The notes below the pieces were generated by a model. It did not search any database. It saw nothing but the letters and a program-made list of their open reading frames with translations, and had not been told where the DNA came from. A stretch of DNA of 64,000 nt from an uncultured Planctomycetota bacterium (lineage in GTDB: Bacteria; Planctomycetota; Planctomycetia; Isosphaerales; Isosphaeraceae): NCBI GenBank assembly GCA_963845755.1, contig CAWJTV010000033.1, positions 416,001 to 480,000 on the forward strand, read 5' to 3'. Of this stretch, positions 11,613 to 22,469 are shown piece by piece (the stretch's first letter is position 1; each line of letters starts with the position of its first letter). The translations under genes and the position numbers were made by a program.

Positions 11613-12162
11613 CGCGAATTCCTCTCCAGAGCACGTCGGCCACACCGGCTTGGCGATTCACCGAGCGGGCCAGGTCGAACAAGAGATCGCTGAGCCGATT
11701 CAGGTAGACGATCAACTCTCTCGGGACGGCAACGCCCGGCTGCCGCGACAGGGTCACGGCCAGCCGCTCGGCGCGGCGGCAGACCGTCCGCGCCAGGTGA
11801 AGCTGCGCCGCGGGCAAGGCGCCCCCGGGAAGGATGAACTGGGTCAGTCGCTCCAGCTCGTCCTCCAACCCATCGATCATGGATTCCAGGCGTCCGACGT
11901 GTTGCTGCGTGATGGCATTGTGGAATGGTCCCTGTGGGGATGGGTCGGCGAATGCCGAACCGACGACGAACAATTCGTCCTGGATCTGGGCGACGAGGCG
12001 GTCGGCCGGGGCGTCGAGCCCGTGGGCCCGCACCACGCCGAGCGCGGCGTTCAGCTCATCGACCGTGCCGTAGACCTCCACGCGCAGGTCATCCTTGGAC
12101 ACACGACCGCTCCCTAGCAAGCCCGTGAATCCGTCGTCGCCCGTCTTTGTATAGATTCGCAC
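11590..12162 (-). CDS. ATP:cob(I)alamin adenosyltransferase, PduO type
   Basis: VRIYTKTGDDG.T, YGTVDELNA, FILPGG, ARTVCRRAER, YLNRLSD; GTG start at 12162; overlaps the SDR start. Confidence 0.92.
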   Translation of the reverse strand: MRIYTKTGDDGFTGLLGSGRVSKDDLRVEVYGTVDELNAALGVVRAHGLDAPADRLVAQIQDELFVVGSAFADPSPQGPFHNAITQQHVGRLESMIDGLEDELERLTQFILPGGALPAAQLHLARTVCRRAERLAVTLSRQPGVAVPRELIVYLNRLSDLLFDLARSVNRQAGVADVLWRGIRDGNAPNE

Positions 12163-12279
12163 AGTTGACCCCTCGTCCCGGGTGGCCCCCATTGGCGAGC
12201 TTGACCTCTCGCCATATACTAGGCGCGTCCGTCGTGACCGACCATAGCCGATGCCCCTTTGAGACGGAGATCCGGCCCG

Positions 12280-13377
12280 ATGTCTTCCAGCCTGGCACCG
12301 TTCCTCCTGATCGCCGCGACCCTCAGCGGTCAGCATCCTGCAGGCGGCCCGGGTCCCGCGTCGGCGATGCCGGCCGAAGAGGTGGCCCGCCTCGAAGCCC
12401 GTCATCTGAAGAAGATCCAGCAGGTGACTTACGGATTGGCCCGCGCCGGGGAGGGCTATTTCAGCCCCGATGGCCAGTCGATCATCTTCCAGGCGGTCTC
12501 CCACGTGCCGCCCTCGATCTTCCACCACCCCAAGCCCGACGAGGACGGCTATCAAATCTTCCTCGGTGCCCTGAAAGCAGACACCCCGGCCCGGATGGTC
12601 AGCACGGGCAAAGGACGCTGCACTTGCCCCTATTTCCACCCCAACGGCCGGTCGATTCTTTTTGCCTCGACCCACCTGAACCCCAGCACGGACGTCGAGC
12701 CGCCCAAGGGGCCGGCTTATAGCCGCACCGCCCGATACCGTTGGGAGTTCCCCGAATCGATGGACATCTTCGCCGCCGATCTCGACGGCAAGAACCTCGT
12801 CCGACTGACCGATACGCCCGGCTACGATGCCGAGGGAAGTTATTCGGCCGACGGCTCGAAGATCGTCTTCACCTCGTTCCGCGACGGCGACGCCGAGATC
12901 TTCATCATGGACGCCGACGGCAAGAACCCGCGCCGGATCACCCACGCCAAGGGGTACGACGGCGGGCCGTTCTTCTCGCCCGATGGTAAGCGAATCATCT
13001 ATCGTAGCGACCGAAAGAGCAACGACCTGCTACAGGTCTACGTAAACAATACGGAGGGCACGGCGGAACGGGCCTTGACTAACAACGAATTCGTGAACTG
13101 GTGCCCGTACTGGTACCCGGACAGCCGCCACATCATCTACGCGACCAGCAAGCACGGCCATAGCAACTACGAGCTGTACCTAATGGACGTGGACCGCGGC
13201 AGCGAAGAGCGGATCACGTACCAGGAAGGATTCGACGGATTGCCGGTCTTCAGCCCCGACGGCAAGCGGCTGATGTGGACCTCCAGCGGGCGGACCGCCG
13301 ATCACAAGAGCCAGCTCTTCATCGCGGAGTTCACCCGGGATCCCGCGACCCGCGCCGAAGCGGCTGCATCTCGATGA
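12280..13377 (+). CDS. TolB-like / PD40 beta-propeller periplasmic protein
   Basis: Signal peptide; repeated AGEGYFSPDG, GYDAEGSYSADG, YDGGPFFSPDG, FDGLPVFSPDG. Confidence 0.88.
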   Translation: MSSSLAPFLLIAATLSGQHPAGGPGPASAMPAEEVARLEARHLKKIQQVTYGLARAGEGYFSPDGQSIIFQAVSHVPPSIFHHPKPDEDGYQIFLGALKADTPARMVSTGKGRCTCPYFHPNGRSILFASTHLNPSTDVEPPKGPAYSRTARYRWEFPESMDIFAADLDGKNLVRLTDTPGYDAEGSYSADGSKIVFTSFRDGDAEIFIMDADGKNPRRITHAKGYDGGPFFSPDGKRIIYRSDRKSNDLLQVYVNNTEGTAERALTNNEFVNWCPYWYPDSRHIIYATSKHGHSNYELYLMDVDRGSEERITYQEGFDGLPVFSPDGKRLMWTSSGRTADHKSQLFIAEFTRDPATRAEAAASR

Positions 13378-13436
13378 GCGAATGGGATGTTCGAAAGCAA
13401 TGCGATAACCCCGTTACCCAGGAGTACGACAAGACC

Positions 13437-13925
13437 ATGGGACCCAAGGACGTCATCCGGAACACGCTCGACATCAGCGAGTTCATCCTCAAGAGCTACG
13501 TGAAGGATCTCTCGGATGCCGAACTGCGGCTTCGGCCGGTCGAAGGCATGCATCCGATCGCGCTCCAGCTCGGACACTTGATCGTCGCCGAGCGGATGTT
13601 CAACGACATGATCAAGCCGGGCTCGGCCCCGGCTCTGCCCGACGGATTCGCCGAGGCCCACGACATCAAAAAGGCTGAGGGCGACGATTCGCGGTTCAAG
13701 AGCCGGGACGAGTACGTCAAGCTGATGGACCAGCAGCGCGCCGCAACCAAGGCGACCCTCGACAGCATCAGCGACGCCGAGCTGGATGACAACCGCGATG
13801 GCAAGCTCCCCGAGTGGGCGCCGACGGTTGCCGCGGTCCTCAACATGGCCGGCCTGCACCCGCTGAACCATTCCGGCCAGTTCGTCGCGGTCCGCCGGAT
13901 GCTCAAGAAGCCGATCGCGTTTTGA
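13437..13925 (+). CDS. DinB-like family protein
   Basis: LSDAELRLRP..GMHPIALQLGHL and C-terminal H...H.GQ metal-binding pattern. Confidence 0.8.
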   Translation: MGPKDVIRNTLDISEFILKSYVKDLSDAELRLRPVEGMHPIALQLGHLIVAERMFNDMIKPGSAPALPDGFAEAHDIKKAEGDDSRFKSRDEYVKLMDQQRAATKATLDSISDAELDDNRDGKLPEWAPTVAAVLNMAGLHPLNHSGQFVAVRRMLKKPIAF

Positions 13926-14448
13926 GTGATCGTCGCCGGCGCGTTTCGAGGTGGAACCGCTCGGACGAAATGGCCGGCCCGGGAATTCGGTACTTGTCGT
14001 CATCGCCTTCATTCGAGGCGGCAAAGCGTCATTTCGGAGTCCGAGCCTACACATAGACCACCACGCCGAGTGCGTCGCCAAGCTTCAAGTCGGTATTCGG
14101 TCCTTCGCTGCGCGGCGGGTAGACGGATGCGCCTCCCGCCGCATGGTACTTCAAACACTAATGGCCTGGGCGGGTTCGCAGGCGGGAGTTAACCAGAAAT
14201 CCGTAAAGGCTCACTGATCGCATTTCGATCGCTATACCCGCCGACTTCATCTCCAGGCCGAGCGATTGGTTCTGAGCCCGATCCTGCCGATCGGTGTGCA
14301 TGACGATCCGGTCCAGTAATCAGGGATATCTTCCGGTGGACCTATTGAGAGTGATTCTCGGGTCGTGATCATCGGCGGTCAATGAGAGCGCGGATCGCCA
14401 GGACGGTTCGCAGTGGACCCTTTCGAGACCGCGCTCGTTTGGAGCACA

Positions 14449-17400
14449 TCAAATTCCGACCGGATACTTATGATGTGCTGCAGGTTCGGCCACGTCTCCC
14501 GTTGCGATCGGTTTGTCGCTTGCTGGCCCGACGAGGGTGTCAGCACCCGGAGTGCGAGGCCCATCGTTGACTTGACGGCGTGTCTCGGTGGAGTTGGCGT
14601 TTCTCCGACTTCGTGCCGCCGGGTTCCAGACTCGTAGCCACTCCTCCGCGGGTTCAACGATCTCCGTCTTCAGCGAAGCCATGAGGTGGGCGGGGTTATC
14701 GTAGAGGAATACGGGCAGGAGCAACCATTCAAATTTGGCGAATTCCTCGAAGAGGGAGAAGGAACCGTGCGTGTCCCGACGGTCGAGGATTGGTCGGACT
14801 GGGACGGACAGGTTTGGGAGGATGGATTGAAGCTCCGCGGGGACGGACCGGGCGTCGGTAATGTCGACGATGAGGAAGCGGGAGAGATAAGCCAGCAGTG
14901 TCACGGTCTCGACGCGGTCGCGTCGGGACGGTTTGTCGAAGTCGAAGATGGCCGGCATGTAACCGAGCTGGCGCAGCTCACCCCACATCTCGTCGAGCAC
15001 CGACTTCCTCTCGGGCGAAAACCGGCCCAGTAACAGCACGACCTTGGAGGTGAGCTGCTCGATGAGATTGCGGAACTTGAGGTTCTCGATGCGCCGCAGG
15101 GACGCTTCATCGATCCCGGTACGTCAACCGATCTCCGTGATAATCTCCTCGGGCACGAGTCGGGGCCTGGTGACGGTCAGTGGTCCGCTGTCGAACCCGA
15201 TGTCGGCCTGCTCACGCGGCGACGCGGCGCTGTCCCAGACCGCGTACAGGAAGCTATGAGAGTTGCCGAGCGGGGCACGCCTGGCGGCCTCATCGGCGTC
15301 GTCGAGGAAGCTCCGCCATCGCTCGGAGTCCGAGCCGATCGTCACGACGCGGTCCTGGGCCGCGAGGTATTCGGCCAGCGTGTCGAACCCGAACCGGACG
15401 CGCCCGGTCTGTTCTCGCCGCAGGATGCGGAGCCGATCGACCAGGTAGTCCAGAGCGGCTTCCGGCACGGACCGGGACCGCAGAGTCGACAGGATGTCGT
15501 TCCGTTCGGCGGACAGAGGGCGGTATTCGGTCCGGACGCATTCCCACGCCACCGCACGAGCGCCACTGGTCAACGACGTCATCCGAGAGGTGATCCGGCT
15601 CGGCCACGTTGCGATTCTGTTCGACCACGTAGTAGCTCATCAACTCCGGGACGCTCAGGGGTTGTGCGACCCCGTCGGCCCCTTCTCGATCGGCGATCAG
15701 GCGGTCGGCATACAACTTGGGGAAGAGCACAGGGATGCTTCGGTCTGTCCGGCCAAGCATGTTCGCCAAACGGCGCCGCGCCTCCTCGTATTCGGGGTCA
15801 GTAAAGAGGTCGCGTTTGCCGCGCTGGCTCAGGTAGGCGTCCAGGAACCGCGTGAGGTGGTTGCCGTCGATCTTCAACGTCTCGATCCGGTCGGTGACGG
15901 AACCATCGAGTTCTTCACTGGCCCGCGACGTGATGACCAGGGCGTTGATTGGCAGTGTATTTCGATTCATGCGGATCGTGGCGCGGGTTTCCTGGCTCAT
16001 CTCGGAGAGATGATCGACGATCACCAGGAGGCGTCGGAGTCGGAGCAGTTGGTCAAGGAGATCGTCGGAGACCGTCGTACCCTGGCCGACGAGGTCGAGG
16101 AGAGCGCTTCGGATGGCATCGCGCAAGGGATCGAGACCGGCCGGTAACTCGTGCTCGATGAGGATGGGTAACATCGCGTGTGGCGTGAGCCCGGATTCCC
16201 CGGCGGGTTCGAGGGCCCAGGCCGCCAGCAGGCAAGCGAGGGTCGTCTTGCCGGTCCCGCCCTCGCCATGGATGAGCAGGCGAATCGAGTCCCTCTCGAA
16301 GACGGGACGGAGTCGTTCTCGGAGAAGCTCGGGGCTGGGATCGTTCTCGGTCTTGTCGATGACCCACAAGGGCAAGGGAACCCAACCTTTGGTGTCCAGA
16401 GTGTTGTCGAGGCGGGCCTTGACCGTGAACCGGTCTTCGAAGACCCGTCCGGCGAGCTCGCGGTACTGAACCACCCAGCTATCAAGAACCTCCGGGTGTC
16501 TCAGATACTCGTCACGGACCGACTCGCCAAGGTCCTCTAAACGGCTTCGTCCGTTCCGGAAAGACCTGACCCAGGCGATCCGGACACGTCGCATGGTGGC
16601 GAAGGCCGGGAGACCCGTGAGTGCTAGGGCCCACCGGACGATCGACCTCGCGGATCGGGAGGGGTCGAGCGGTTCGATCAAGGCGCGCGAGAGTGCGCTC
16701 CACAATCGCACCATGCCGACCGGATAGACGACGAGCAGGAACCCGCACGCCACCAGATAGGTCGCGATCGCGCCCGCGGCGCAGATCCCGGCTTTCACCC
16801 AGAAGGGCTGACGATTCCAAAGGGGCCGGTACGTATATCCTTCGGGAAGCTCGTGCGTGTAAGTCAAGCCCGTATTGTCGCGGAGCGTAACGCGATAGAA
16901 GAGGCTGATACCCGGGAGGATCTGATACTCGGGCGCGTCCGGAGACCAATCCAGGCCCGTCGCGGTGACTTTCGATACGTCCATGGTTCGCCAGGCGGCC
17001 GTCGGACTCTGGCGGAATTCGACGGCGACGCAAGTGACCGTCTCCGGATGCTCATCTCGGGCCTTCCAACTCAACTGAACCCTCGGCCCGCGCTCGATGG
17101 AGTTGAACTCCGCCAGTGAGGGCGCGTCGCCGGTCCAGGTCGCGACGAGCCTCGTGTCCGATTGGCCGACGGCCCAGCCATGATGAGAATCGACGAAATG
17201 AACGGAGGTGAGGTTCATCGCCGTTCCGCTGAGTTGAAGTTTCCAGGACTTGCCGCCGTCGGCCGTGGCGACGATAATCCCCTGTTGGCCGACGGCCCAA
17301 CCGTGGTGAACGTCGGTGAAACTGACACTGACCAGGAATTGCTGTATCCCGCTGTCCTGGGTCGTCCAGGTCTTGCCGGCGTCGGCGGTAGCGACGATCG

Positions 17401-19829
17401 TACCTTCATAGCCGACAGACCAGCCGTGTTGGGCATCGGCGAAAGCGAGCCCGAGTAGGCCCGCGGAGGTTCCGCTCCGCTGTGAGGTCCAGGTCTTGCC
17501 GCCATCGGCGGTGGCGACGATCGTGCCCGCTTCGCCGACGGCATAGCCGTGGAGCACATCGGTGAAGACGACACCCCCCAGGGCTGCCTGAGTTCCGCTC
17601 GTCTGGGCCCTCCAATTCGTGCCACCGTCTTCCGTGGAGAGAACGGTACCCAGATGGCCGACGACCCAGCCGTGCATCGCGTCGGAAAAGTGGACGCTGA
17701 TGAGCAGAGCCGTCGTGCCGCTGACCTGGGCTGTCCAGGTCTTGCCGCCATCCGCCGTCGCGACGATCACGCCCCCCATTCCCACAGCCCAGCCGCGTTG
17801 CGCGTCGATGAAGTAGACGTCCTCGAACCCCTCCGTCATGCCGCTAGACTGGGTCGTCCACGTCTTGCCGCCATCGGCGGTGGCGAGGATCGTACCCTCG
17901 ATGCCGACGGCCGAGCCATGTTGTTGATCGGCGAAGTGCACCTCGGTGAGCATGGGTTTGTTCGACCCCCCGACCTGCTTGACCCACGTCTTGCCGCCGT
18001 CGGCCGTCGCGAGGATCAAACCCTTGATGCCGATGGCCCAGCCGCGTTGCGCGTCAACGAAGCTGACGTCGTTCAGCACCTCGTTGGTCCCACTCTTCTG
18101 GGGAGTCCAGGTCGTGCCCCCATCGGCGGTCGCCAGGATCAAGCCAAACATGCCGACGGCCCAACCGTGTTGCGCGTCGAACGAAACTGACGCTGCCGAT
18201 TGCCAGTTGTGTCCCGCTGTTCTGAGCATCCCAGGACTTGCCGCCGTCACTGGTCGCGACGATCAATCCCCCCATTCCCACGACCCAACCGTGTTGCGCA
18301 TCGGAGAACTCGACGTCGAGCAAAGGCGGCGACCTGAAACTGGCCTGGTTGTTCCAGGACGTACCGCCGTCGGCGGTGGCGAGGATCACGCCCTGTGCGC
18401 TGACGGCCCAGCCGTGTCGTGCGTCAGGAAAGCTAACGCTGAAGAGAAATGGCGGCATTCCCCTGGCCTGAAAGGTCCAGGACGTGCCGCCATCGGCGGT
18501 GGCGAGGATCGAGCCGTCGGAGCCAACCGCCCACCCGTGTTTCAAGTCGGCGAAGTCCACCCGATTGAGAAAGGTTTGCGTCCCGGAGGACTGCGGGGTC
18601 CAGGACTTGCCACCATCGGCGGTGGCGATGACGGTGCCGACATCACCGACGACCCAGCCGTGTTGCAAGTCGACGAAGTGGACACCGCGCAGATTGGCCG
18701 ACGTTCCGCTCGACTGTTTGGCCCAACTCTTACCCCCATCGGTTGTCGCCAGGATTACGCCCGCCGCACCGACGGCCCAGCCGTGCCGTGCGTCCGCAAA
18801 GTGGACGCGAATGAGAGAAGTGCCCTCCGGACCGCTGGACTGTGCGGTCCAGCTCTTGCCACCGTCAACGGTCTGGATGATCACACCATCGTCACCGGCG
18901 GCCCAGCCGTGCTGCGCGTCGGCGAAGTGGACGGAGCTAATCGAGGAGATCGTGCCGCTGACTCGATGGCTCCAGGTCGCGCCTCCGTCCGAGGTCTCGA
19001 GAATGACGCCGTCGCCACCGACGGCACAGCCGTGCCGCAGATCCGAAAAGTGTACACCGATCAATCTTGACGTAAGATCCGAGTTCTGTTTGGTCCATGT
19101 CTTACCCCCGTCGATTGTCGAGACGATCGTGCCCCCTTCGCCGACCGCCCACCCGTGTTTCGGATCGGCGAAGTGAACATGGTAGAGGTACGCCATCGTC
19201 CCACTCGCCTGGCGCGACCAGATCCTGCCTCCGTCGCCGGTCGTCAGAATCGTGCCTGCCTCACCGACCACCCACCCGTGTTCTGCGTCGGCGAAGTGGA
19301 TCCCGAGAAGTCCGTCCGTCCTGCCGCCGACGGGGAGTTTGACCCAGGTCTTACCCCCATCAACGGTCGTTACGACCGTACCCTGGAGGCCGACGGCCCA
19401 GCCATGTACCGCATCAATGAAGTGGATTCCATAGAGGGGCGTACTGGTGCCGCTGGACTGTTTGTTCCAGGTCGCGCCACCATCTCTCGTCGACAGGATG
19501 GTGCCAGCCAGGCCGCTTACCCAGCCATGCCGTGCATCAGTGAAGCTCATTCCGAGGAGGTCGGCGGTCGTGCCGCTGGCCTGCTGAACCCAGGTCTTGC
19601 CCCCATCGTCCGTCCTCATGATGGTGCCCCCGGAGCCAACGACCCAGGCGAGCTTGGGCGAAATGCTGAAGATCGTAAATAGATAAGTCGCTTGAGTCTT
19701 CCATTGCACGCCCACGGGCAAGTCGAGCGGTTGCTGGAGTACCTGCGGACCCCTGTCGGCATTCGAACAAGCCGATGCGAAGAACGGCAAGGCGGCCAGG
19801 AGCAGCGTGAGTCGGCGAATGTGGCGCAT
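14449..19829 (-). CDS. Multidomain transmembrane receptor-like protein: signal/lipobox, 21 YCF48/BNR blades, FN3-like, TM, NACHT/STAND NTPase, TIR-like domain (2 frameshifts and 1 in-frame TGA)
   Basis: Start MRHIRRLTLLLAALPFFASAC at 19829; (V.F.DA.HGW.VG..G.I..T.DGG.TW) x21; TM ~16715-16800; Walker A GEGGTGKT ~16244-16267; Walker B LLVIVD; FDTLAEYLAA; then KVVLLLGRFSPERK...FLIVDITDARSVPAEL. Frame changes at ~18181 and ~15572; TGA at 15124-15126 is in the same frame as the downstream domain. Confidence 0.75.
17150..19700 (-). repeat. 21 YCF48/BNR (Asp-box, T.DGG.TW) ~41-aa repeats, probably three 7-bladed propellers
   Basis: Counted by eye across ORFs 18054-20864 and 15290-18250; the last blade is partial. 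Confidence 0.85.
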
Positions 19830-20130
19830 CGAATTCAAGCCCTGGAACTCGGCTATGATGAGGTGTGGATTGCGAGATCGAATTGCTCGCGACACGGTGG
19901 GATTTGATCCCTCCGGGGCAATCCCGAGGCAGTGAAATCGTCGGTCTCCATGCGCGAGCCCCGTAACCTCCAGCCCATTGCGATGTGTGGTCGTCAGCGA
20001 CCAGGCTGTTTCCGATCGGGATTCCCAAGATTTCCGAATAGTATTGCCATCATAGTCGCGATATGCAATGGTCAGGAGGCGATCCGGGCTAGAGCGCTTA
20101 ACCGATGGGTTAAGCCCAAGAACAGCCGGT

Positions 20131-20849
20131 CTACGGCGGCCCAGCTCCGTGAGGCTGGCTTCGACACCACCGTTCCAACCTCGGCAATCCGGGATCGAAC
20201 CCCGCCCGGCGCATGCGCGGAGATGCCCGGCAAGCATTCGTAGGTCAGCCGGCCGACCGAGGGTATACCACGGCGGCAACAGCGCCAGCGACCGATCGGT
20301 GTCCGCCAGCCGGTCGATCGTCTGGCTCAGCACATCCGGGCGATCCCAATCGATTCCTTCCAGGATCGACGGCGCCGGACGGCGTGCGCCGAGGAGGTAG
20401 AATCCGCCGTCGGTCGCGGGACCGAGCACGACGTCGCGGCCTTCCAGGCAGAGGAACGCACTCACCACGATCGTCGGGTCGAGCGTGGGCGAGTCGGAGC
20501 CGATCAGGACTACGCGATCGGCCCCATCGTCCAGCTCTCCGGCCAGGAACGCCTCCATCCTCTGACCGTGGTCGCCGTCAACCTGGGGCTGCATGGCGAA
20601 CGAGCTGGGGACCCGGTCATCGAACCACGGCCCGGCATCGTTGGGGGCGTAGACCAGCACGCGACGGCCTCCAGGACTCAGGTTCTCCGGCGAGTCCCAG
20701 ACGTCGAGCGTGTCGAAGAGCATCGCTTCATGGACCTCGGCCGCGACATCCGGCCCCCACTCCGCCGCCAGCCTCGCCTTGACCCGGCCGGGCTCGGGCA
20801 TTTCGCCGAAGATTCCCAGTACGCAATTGTCGGGAAGCGTCCAGGCCAT
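20131..20849 (-). CDS. DUF2064 / TIGR04282-type glycosyltransferase-like protein
   Basis: IFGEMPEPGRVKARLA, VLIGSDSP, VLGPATDGGFYLLG. Likely true stop is TAG at 20131 after a frameshift at ~20215. Confidence 0.82.
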
Positions 20850-20850
20850 C

Positions 20851-21171
20851 TCAGCCTCCCTCATCCGGAGTCGTCGGATTGCGGCTCTCGGCCAGCAAGA
20901 GTCGATTCAGGAGTACCGGGTTCACCACGCCGCGGAACCGCACCTTGCCGTTGACCGCCACCACGGGGACCTCGGTGTTGTACTTCGCAACCAGCTCGGG
21001 ATCGGTGTCGATATCGACCTCCTCGATCGCGAACCCGCAGCGCGCCTGGTAGTCCCGCAGCAGATCGAGCGCCTTATGGCAACAGCCGCATTGGTCGCGC
21101 GAATAGACGGTGAACGTCAGGTGTTCGGCCCGAGGCGAACGGCGGAAGAGGCACGTCAGCAAGGATGTCAT
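20851..21171 (-). CDS. Glutaredoxin-like protein (DUF836 type)
   Basis: VYSRDQCGCC (CxxC), EEVDIDTDPELVAKY..EVPVV. Confidence 0.85.
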   Translation of the reverse strand: MTSLLTCLFRRSPRAEHLTFTVYSRDQCGCCHKALDLLRDYQARCGFAIEEVDIDTDPELVAKYNTEVPVVAVNGKVRFRGVVNPVLLNRLLLAESRNPTTPDEGG

Positions 21172-21184
21172 CGGTTCCTCGTAA

Positions 21185-21406
21185 TCAGCGTTGGGGCAGG
21201 CTGAAGTCGTGATCGTAGAATTCGAGCCGGCCGCATTTCTCGCAACGGTAGAGATCCAGCGGCTTGATCCGCTCACCGAGGTCGGCAAGCTCGCCGAGGA
21301 AAAAATGCCAGCCGGACGTCGTGCCGCCGACGCGGACCGGCAACTGACCCAGCCCGCGCAGTTCGACCTTGCAATGCGGGCATGACGGGGTTTCGTAGGA
21401 TTCCAT
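21185..21406 (-). CDS. Small zinc-ribbon protein
   Basis: CPHC...LDLYRCEKCGRLEFY; GAGGAG RBS upstream of ATG 21406. Confidence 0.7.
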   Translation of the reverse strand: MESYETPSCPHCKVELRGLGQLPVRVGGTTSGWHFFLGELADLGERIKPLDLYRCEKCGRLEFYDHDFSLPQR

Positions 21407-21505
21407 GAGAAACACTCCTCTGGAATGGTCTTTCCCGCGCTCCGACGGGCGACCATCGGGACCGAACCTGTACGTCCTCACCGAAGATATCTACGACTTC
21501 TCGAG

Positions 21506-21925
21506 TTACCGGCGCTTCGCTGTTTTGCTTCGTCTCTTCTTGGGAGGTTTGATGGGGACCTTTTCCTCTCCCTTATCCGAAGGTGCGGGCGTGTCGATCA
21601 ATTCGACGAGCCTCTGCTCGTAGTCGTCGAACTTCTCGAGCATCATCCCCCAGAAGGTTCTGTCGGACATCTCTTCGCCAAGAACTCGTTCACGAACTGC
21701 TCGACCGCTCTCAGCCAATCAATGATCATCGCGTTGGAAAGCGACGTCACCGGAAGGTGCCCAGGCCCCCTCTGCGAATTGCGGTCGGCGCAATGCGCAA
21801 TCCAATGTCTTCGAGTCATCATCGCTGCCAAATCCGATGCATACCTGTTGACAATACCCGACTTTCCGCACATCACGCACGGAATTTCCTCGAATTCCCT
21901 TCGGTGCCCCGTGTCACGTACGGTG
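21506..21925 (-). pseudogene. Possible truncated HEPN-domain gene remnant
   Basis: DLAAMMTRRHWIAHCADRN contains an R-X4-H motif (21793-21810); no clear N-terminus; abuts a transposase fragment. Confidence 0.4.
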
Positions 21926-22110
21926 ACGATGCGGCAGCGCCGGTCCTCGCGCGGGCGGTGGTCTCGGAGAATTGACAGGATGCGGAGCCGCTCGAAGAAG
22001 CGGTCGAGGATCGAGAGGACGCCGATGGCGGAGGAGTAGAGGGTCCCGCCTGCGGCGCGGGCGATCCGGCCGGGCTGTCGAGCGAACGGGGTAGGGCAGC
22101 AGTTGGACAT
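21925..22110 (-). mobile_element. Transposase N-terminal fragment (IS1634-like)
   Basis: RQPGRIARAAGGTL.SS.IG.L.ILDRFFERLRI..ILRDH.PREDRRCRI resembles planctomycete IS1634 transposase N-termini as I recall them; truncated. Confidence 0.5.
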
Positions 22111-22214
22111 TGCCTTGTCGTAGGACCAGGTCAAATGGGGTTCATCCGGATCCGTGGCGCGCCGGTCTTGAAAACGGTGGAGTTGTGATCTGGCCTCGCC
22201 CACGGCGAATCCGT

Positions 22215-22292
22215 GCCCCAAAGGGGCCGCAACATAACAGCCCGGGGCAACGCCCCGGGAACGGAGCCCCCAACGGGAAAATGCCCTGAAAG
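22215..22292 (+). repeat. REP-like palindromic element, copy 1
   Basis: GCCCCAAAGGGGC...CAGCCCGGGGCAACGCCCCGGG...GCCCTGAAAGAGC; related copy at 63857. Confidence 0.7.
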
Positions 22293-22469
22293 AGCGACAC
22301 AGGTGCAGGCCGCCGGCCCGGTTTGTCTGGCCCCTACCTTCTCGACATATGTCCGACCGCATCCTCGGCACGCAAAGAAGCCGGTCGGACAGCATGTTTC
22401 AGAAGGCTGATCCGGACCATATGTTGTCCAGCGACACGACATATGTACGGATCTTCATGGCAGGGATTG

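Noticed and set aside
11590..12945. 451-aa ORF as a long adenosyltransferase
   Set aside because: Only the last ~190 aa match PduO; the rest is antisense to the TolB-like gene.
13926..14448. Possible RNA gene in the long intergenic region (also 25926-26248 and 43260-43762)
   Set aside because: No tRNA cloverleaf, riboswitch or other recognisable ncRNA signature seen by eye; an Infernal/Rfam scan would be needed.
18054..20864. Apparent 936-aa fusion of a DUF2064 glycosyltransferase with YCF48 repeats
   Set aside because: The linker is not protein-like, a one-base shift at ~20215 gives a natural DUF2064 end at 20131, and the repeat protein has its own signal peptide at 19829.
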